Shown piece by piece: positions 57,057 to 64,000 of a DNA stretch of 64,000 nt. Within the stretch, counting starts at the first letter, position 1, and every line of letters starts with the position of its first letter. Below the pieces are notes generated by a model that saw only the letters and a program-made list of their open reading frames with translations, was not told the DNA's origin and made no database searches. The DNA is from Klebsormidium nitens. Taxonomy: Eukaryota > Plantae > Klebsormidiophyceae. The stretch spans positions 1 to 64,000 of the forward strand of contig DF237250.1 in NCBI GenBank assembly GCA_000708835.1, in the 5' to 3' direction. The position numbers and the translations under genes were made by a program.

Positions 57057-60000
57057 ATGGCGCTGACGTTGCCCGTGAGACGGTGTCTCCTGTTACTGAC
57101 GTGGGTCGCCTTAGCGGGCTCCCTGTGGAACCATAGGAGATGTGCTCGAGAGAGCATGGCCCCAAGTAAGCCAACTTTCTCACATTTGCTGCTTTTGTAA
57201 GCTTCACGTGTGCCATGAACCCGTTGTGAATCCCATATGGCTACGATACAGTGAACAATCTGGTCTATCCTTCAGTTTTCTGTGGTTTCTCATCCTCCGG
57301 CAGTGAAACTCCGTCAGAATGGCAGGGTAGCAGAGACAGCATCTGTATCTGAGCGGGTGTCCTTTCTCGCACTTTACCCAGGCCGCTGCAAATCAGCGCG
57401 CCTTTGCCTCCTCTAACTCTTTTCTCCAACATCCATCGGTGCATGGGGTTGCTACGATTGATCAACAAACAGACTTCAAAACATGGTGGGCCGAGCCAAA
57501 TGTCAAACATACTTCACTTCAAACAGTAAAGTGCAATAGATCTTCTTTCCTGTAAGTCGCGTCTACGGAAGATTCTTCTACTGCCGAGCAACAAAAGAAT
57601 CAGACGCATCCGCATGATCCAAACCATCCGCACTACTTTCGGCACTTACCCCCCTTTAAAGGTAAGTCAAATCTGATTCTCGTTGCATCGTTGAGTGTTC
57701 TGATACGGAGTTGCTTCTTGCACTGCAGGCCAGGAACCGGTCCCTTGGAGCGTTCCTTCGGGGGGCATCCGGCCGCTCGGGGAAGAGCCCCCTACGGCGG
57801 TGTGGAGGGGGGGCGAATACCAGCTGGAGACAGCCAGTGCTGAGAGCGGGGGGGAAGCGGTGGATGAGAAGCAGCAAAGACGTATGGGCAGCATTCAAAT
57901 AGAGAGCAAAGCAAACGCCGAGAGCGTCCAAGAGGAAAACACAGAGGCAATTGACAGTCACAAAGAAGAGGATCGTGATACGGACAAACAGTTTGAAATA
58001 CGGGAGAAGGTCGCGTCACAGGAAACTGATAACGGAGAAGAAAGGACAGAGGAACAGGATACACAAGCTGACAGGAGCACTCACGAAGAAGGCAAACAAA
58101 CGGACGAGCTCTCCGAAGATCAGGGACTCACCCAACGGAACGCCTCCACGTGTCCTCCCGCACCCGCCGGCGGCCCTCCGCGCTTCTACCCCGCGCCGCG
58201 CGGCCGCACGCGCGCGCCCACGTGCGCGTGCACGCCGGTCGCGCCGTTTATTCTGCTGTCGATGCAGCGGTCCGGCAGCGGCTGGTTCGAGACGCTTCTG
58301 AACAGCCACCCGCACGTGCGCAGCCACGGGGAGGTTTTCAGTAAGAAAACGTGGCGTGGCGCGCGCGAGCGCGCGCGCCTGGATGACGTGTACAACCTGG
58401 GGCGCGTGGCGCAGGAGACGGAGTGCCTCCGGGCGGTCGGGTTCAAGTGGATGCTCAACCAGGTGAGGGGGAGCGCCCTAAAACTCACGGGGCCGATTGA
58501 TCCTTGGATCACCTGCAAAATTCGAATCACATGTGTTCGTTTCTGCACCGGCTTTGGGGCATTTCATGAAGCAGCTTTCAATATATGACCACGTATCCTG
58601 TGGGCAAGGACCAAACGCGTTTTACGAGCCCGGGCGACCGTTTCACTGAGGTATTGAACGCGAGTCATTTCGAGTGCTTGGATCCCCAAGGTGGGCAGTC
58701 CATTGGAATCCTTGCTCCGAAAGCTGCCTCTCGACAAGAACGATGGCAAGCAGAGAAGCAGGGTCCGTACGAAGAAAGAGAGTTTTGTATTCACGGTTCT
58801 GATCACTTAAGAAGAGCAACGCAACCTACGAATCCGGGCGGGGAAAAATAGCACCCCCGAACCCGTTGAAAGAACGAAGAAAGCCTTAACACGACCTTTA
58901 CCCCTGCACTTCACCCAAATTCTAACAGAAAACGACACCTTCATACCCCTTTCACGTTGTGAATTGTGCCTTTCATGTCAGCCCAATGAGTTTCACTGAA
59001 TTCGACGTGGCAGGGCGTAATGGATCACTGGCAGGACTGGCTTGAGTACGTGCGCGCGCACGGCGTGTCCGTCGTGGTGCTGTTCCGGCGGAACACGCTC
59101 CGCCGGATGGTGTCGGTCGCGGCCAACGGGTACGACAAGCAGGCCAAGCTGGTGGACGGAGAACAGCACAAGAGCCACGTGCACTCCGCCGAGGAGGTAC
59201 GCACCGGAACCGTAGTACAACCGGAAAGCCGAAATTTCGCCGTAGACTGCAAGATGTTCCTGTTTGTTTTGCATAAACAGAGGGCTTTTGGCGCATAGAC
59301 ATGGTCGGTTACGGGCTGGTTAGAAAAACCAGATTCACGTACGAACATTCACCCTGTTCAGCAGCCGAACGTCGACCATGATAAGGGCTCCTGCGTAAGG
59401 AGCCCTTATGGTAGACATGGAATTGGTACTGAATTACATACTTTTGATCTGAGAACTGATGTCGACCTTCTGGATTCTGACCGAGAATGAGACGATTGAG
59501 AATGACCAGCTTAAGCGACAGAGACCGCGAAGTTACAGTCTTGATAACCCACCTGCTTTAAGTACTTCATGTGTTCAGTTCGGCCCAGCATAATGAAGAG
59601 AGCAAGCAAAAGCAGGATCTCGACGCACAGTGCGATGCAAGGATTGGATGTGCGTCTTTGAAGAAATGCTTATGCTTATCCGTTTCCGTTCCGCGTGGCG
59701 CATACGGGAATAGAGCCGGCGGAACTTTGGTTCCCAGGACGGCGCCTAGGGTCTCTCTGATGGGATGCTTCAAAGTCACAGTGCCTGTTCGGTTCCGTTC
59801 CGCTCTGTGCACGCTGGCGGAATACAAGCCAGCGGCTGGACCCAAACCGTGTGTACTCGTTTCAGGGCAATCGCTTCCCACTCAAAGGTATCCGTCTCGT
59901 TATGCTTTGCGCAGGAGAGACGTACGGGTAAATGATAGCCCGGTTGAAGATCGTTGTGAGGCCACTTCGATTTTAAACCTACTCAGATTTTCAGGCTATT

Positions 60001-61311
60001 TTGGTCTTGAACGTTGTGTCAGACCATTTTGATCTTAAAAGCTGAATTTCTGAGATCAAAACGGCCTCAGCCAACGATCTTAAACTGGGCTTTGATTTAT
60101 AGTGATATATCGACGCCGGAGGTTCACAAGTGAATCTGGAATTTGACCATGTGGTGTTTTTTTCGCAGCGGTCGCTTCGATTAAGACGTTCCGTTCCGCA
60201 GGAAGAGCGCTGTCGGAATACAGGCTCTGTTTGATCGCTTTGCGGCGACCGCTTCTCATTCAAAGGTTCCGTTCCGTCCCGTCCAGCGCAGGCGGAAAAG
60301 CTGGCGGAATGCAGGCCAGGTGTGTTCGCATCGCAGCGATCGCTTCGCAATGAAAGCTCCCGTTCCGTTCCGCCTTGTGCAGGCGGAAAAGCTGGCGGAG
60401 TACAAGCCGGAGCTGGACCCCCGCACTCTGGTTGCCAAGCTGCGGTCGGTGCAAGCGACGCAGGAGGGCGCGCTGCGCATGCTGGCAGGAACGCGCCACG
60501 TGGTGCTCTATTATGAGGACGTCGTGGCGGATCCCAGTGTGAGCCGCTGCCAAACATTGCCGCCCCTCGCCAAAAAAGCGCGTTTCAGATTTTTGATATC
60601 AAAGTCACAGCTCATGAGTGCAAGCTGTTCAAAATATTTCGGAAGACTGTGAGGGAGCTTCTAAACATGCTTCAGCGGATACTTCCCAGCTTTACAGCGA
60701 CCTCTGGCTTCTATTGTGCTGAACCACGTGGCACGAGACGTTGCTCTGATTTGACGTTTGGACTATCAGTACCGGAATGATTTTAGATCTTCATCCAGTA
60801 CTACAATCAATGCGCATACTGTTCTCTTCGTGCAATTTCGTTTTTCCCCCGCCGATCTCTCACATGTTGCGGTCCGCTGGTGCGATACTGGAAACAATCA
60901 GAGTATGATAACTCTAAAAAATCTGTCGTGCGCTCAGTTCGACCACGTGCCAGAGACTGGGGCATACGCCCCTCCGTCGTTCGTTGCTGCTCACTACAAA
61001 TCAGAGCCCGTTTTTTGAATTCCCTGGGATCCTCTCTCAATAAAATTTGGGCGGTTACGGTGATTGAAATGTGGTTCGACTTTGGATTGATCAACGCTGA
61101 CGCTATTCCATAATAGACCCGAAGAATTCATCGCTTCCCCTGCCCACAGATGGTGGACCGCGTGCAAGACTTTCTGGGCGTGGCCCCCCGCCCGCTGCGG
61201 AGCAAGCAGGTGCCTATTCACACCCAGGGTTTGGAACACCACGTGGCCAATTGGGACCAGGTCGCGGCCGCGCTCGCGGGCACGCCGTACGAGGCGATGC
61301 TGTACGAGTAG
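57057..61311 (+). CDS. NodH-like (plant P-loop) sulfotransferase, type II membrane protein
   Basis: Anchor exon 57057-~57165. CACTP..FILLSMQRSGSGWFETLLNSHP..GEVF..VGFKWMLNQ (to ~58461), LFRRNTLRRMVS..ANGYD..KSHVHS (~59014-59196), RHVVLYYEDVV (60383-~60539), VQDFLG..QVPIH..HVANW (61151-61311). Confidence 0.92.
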
Positions 61312-64000
61312 CTTGCAAACACGTGGCGAAACTGCAGTTCACCGTTCACCCTTCACCGTTATCGATTAGCCGTCCCTTTGGAACCTACTGTTCGCGGATC
61401 CCAACGACGTTAATGTCACTTGTTCAGGCACCTTTCAGACTCCTTTCGAACTGTCACCTTTAACCGGATAATTTCACTTAGGATGTTATGCCAAGCAGCG
61501 TAGCTCCCTACTACAACCGTATCTTCTGAAGTCCAGTCTTCCAATAAAGCAATTGCGGGCTGCTTGAGGGTGTGAATCCAGGTTGTCAGGCCCTAGGGAA
61601 GAAACACCAAACTAGCTCTGAGGTCCAGATTGGAGTCAGCCACATTGAAACATGTTTTTACTTTTCTTGCCTCAAGCACTGGGTGTTCACGCCCTTGGCC
61701 AGCTCGGCCGGGCTCTAAATTGTGCACCAAAAGTCAAAATGTGTTGAATGTTCGTACGTAAGGAATTTAAGACTGATAAATTGCACGTCATGAAGACGTG
61801 ACGCTCTGCAAGGTTGGCAATTATTTCAATTGGAAAAACATGCCAATTACGGCCTTCAGCTAAGATGGAGGGAAGCCGATCGATGTATCTTTATCGATTA
61901 TTTTCATATCCCAAGCTAGCGCGCATATAGCGTCAAAAGCTGCTCGAGTGTCTTCACATTGATATGGCTCATCAAATGCGTGCAAATCTCTCGGGCTTCA
62001 CCGTTGTGATGAATGATCTTGCAAGTCAAGCGAACCATGAATGATCAATCGCCCCACGTCTCGACTCAGTCAATCTTCGTTCCATACGGCTTATCGTTAA
62101 GTTTCGGCCCCTCCGGCCATCATGGTTGCTTTAAGTTGTTTGAGAGTCTCCCGGAGAATGGGGATTTTGGGTGGAATCTGAAGAATGTTCCGGGCTGCGT
62201 TTCGAATCAAAGATTGCAAAGCTTGAATAAACAAGCACACGTTATCTTGACACCAGGGTGAGTTTTCTTCACGTCAAGATGCTGAATCTCAACAAATCTA
62301 TGCTATGCTTTCGTCTTACGAGTCCCCGGCCATTGCTGTTGAAGCGGAGCCTTGTGGGCTACTTCGAACCGCCGCTTTTTCACCCTTTTCCTGAAGTTAG
62401 CGGCGGCGAAGCGGTACCTTTCTTACCCAAATGACCTGGACAACTGTAAATGTTATTTTCGAGTACTAGGATCAGATCCGAACAGGGCTTCAGCCCTAGC
62501 GAGCATAAATTTATCATACATAGGGCTGCTTTATAATGTGCGGTTCTGATGTGCCTCTCACAACGCAGAAGATTGAACGGCAAGAGGTCTTTCAACCGCA
62601 AGTAAATCATCAAAGCTTGCTAGCTTCGGGGCCTCCTCTTTTGGTAGAGCTTGATCAACTGATGTAACTGCTAACGGTTGCAAACCTACCAGTCGCCCGA
62701 GTTTACTCGGCGTTGCCGTTCTCGTGCCGAGCGCAAACGCCTATATTTCGAAATAAGAGAGACTGGCCCTTCTTGATCACATGACGGACCCGTCACCATC
62801 GAGAGCTCGATCCTAAAAGGGCTGCGGTTGCAGAGAGCGTCAGACTATGTATACCCCACACCGCGACGTTAAGGAATGGGCGCCAGTTATAAGTTGCTAC
62901 GAAGGACATGTCGTCACACAAATAGGGTGGGGACCGGGCGGCTCAATAGTTCAGTTGTTCTATCCTCGATCCTATCGCTTTTAGCTTCGACTTGGTTCAT
63001 CTGTATGTTATGCTTCGGCGCTTTGCACCCCCGTAGACGTAGCACGGTTTGTATTCCAAGAAGGGGAACATGATTGCATCGAACGATGATATAAATACAA
63101 GGGAGCCAGCGGGAGGTGGCTGTTTCTGTAAGCCGCTCTTCCTTCTACGCGCGAAGGTTTTGCAGCCACCTCTTACATGGCTCTTTGCAAAAGTACGGCG
63201 CTTCCTTGAACTCAACGTCTTGGGACAGTCAAGCCTTACAAAGACCGTCAGAGATCTCTTACCTGACAAAAATTGATTCTTCTCGGGAGCATCGCAATTA
63301 CTTAGAGCCTTTTATTAAAGACTGTCTTGTTTAAGAAACAAGACGGGACAGGCTGTCATAGCTGATTCTGTACTTCTTTCAATTAAGAGAACCTCTCTAC
63401 ACCGCAGATATTATACTGAACAGAGTTTCTAGAACGGGTCGTTCGACGCGTTAATGGGCGTTGCACTGACGCTGCTAATGTACTCTAGTGGGCTGACTAC
63501 ATATCAGAACTCTGATTCGCTGGTTTGCCAAATCTGCTCGAATCTACCATTCAAAAAGGGGCGAACGCCGCTCAAACGACAGACGGTCAAAAAACTCTCA
63601 ATCAATTGTCCAGCATTCGGAGGCGAGAAGCAACTATCAACCTGAGCACATCACTTCTTTGAGAGCACAGGTTCAGCGATCTGACAGCATCCGCATTGAC
63701 TGGCCACCAACGGTGCATCGGACACACCTGCCGGAGCTTGCTAGTGCGTCGACGCACGTGGGCGAAGCGCGAGAAGGGCGACTAGTGAGGTGAGTTCCAA
63801 CAACAGGTTGAAAAAGTTCAAAGGGTGTGAGCCATTTGAGAAATGTATTAAATGCCTTGTTGGCAACCAGCAAGTGCATTGCAAAGAGTACTTCGAAGCG
63901 CTACAAAACGTCCGCTAGAAAGGTGCCCCATAACAAGTCACTCGAATCCCTTGTAAAGGCCTAAGCGGCACTGAGGCTCCTCTGTTGTCAACAGACCGCT

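Noticed and set aside
61312-64000. Short ORFs at the right end (e.g. 63049-63276)
   Set aside because: No motifs or convincing splice structure; treated as intergenic. No tRNA or rRNA signatures were noticed anywhere in the window.

Overview
Intron-rich eukaryotic nuclear DNA, most consistent with a Klebsormidium-like streptophyte alga. This is an inference from plant-type orthologues, GT-AG introns and an interstitial TTTTAGGG array. From about 21.9 kb to 61.3 kb there are ordinary spliced host genes: a degenerate diacylglycerol-kinase-like gene, a probable SPARK/GPI-anchored protein, an SRPBCC polyketide-cyclase-like protein, a 5'-nucleotidase III, a UPF0114 protein, TIM21 and a NodH-like sulfotransferase. 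The first ~13.4 kb is a virus/plasmid-like island. It holds an intronless Prim-Pol + Zn-finger + SF3 helicase gene, a convergent tyrosine recombinase and small ORFs. It also holds a second Prim-Pol + Zn-finger + D5/P4-type primase-helicase gene that the ORF track fragments, but which joins in frame across five GT-AG introns (one frameshift inside exon 2). Its introns and flanks carry 14 copies of an iteron-like triple GACAG motif with exact 9-bp spacing. Next to the island is a frameshifted Crinkler-like REase + FunK1-type kinase gene with a 2A-like (GGVESNPGP) peptide. Several host introns contain decayed tandem copies of their own splice junctions. No searches were run: family calls come from motif recognition and manual translation, and coordinates were counted by hand.
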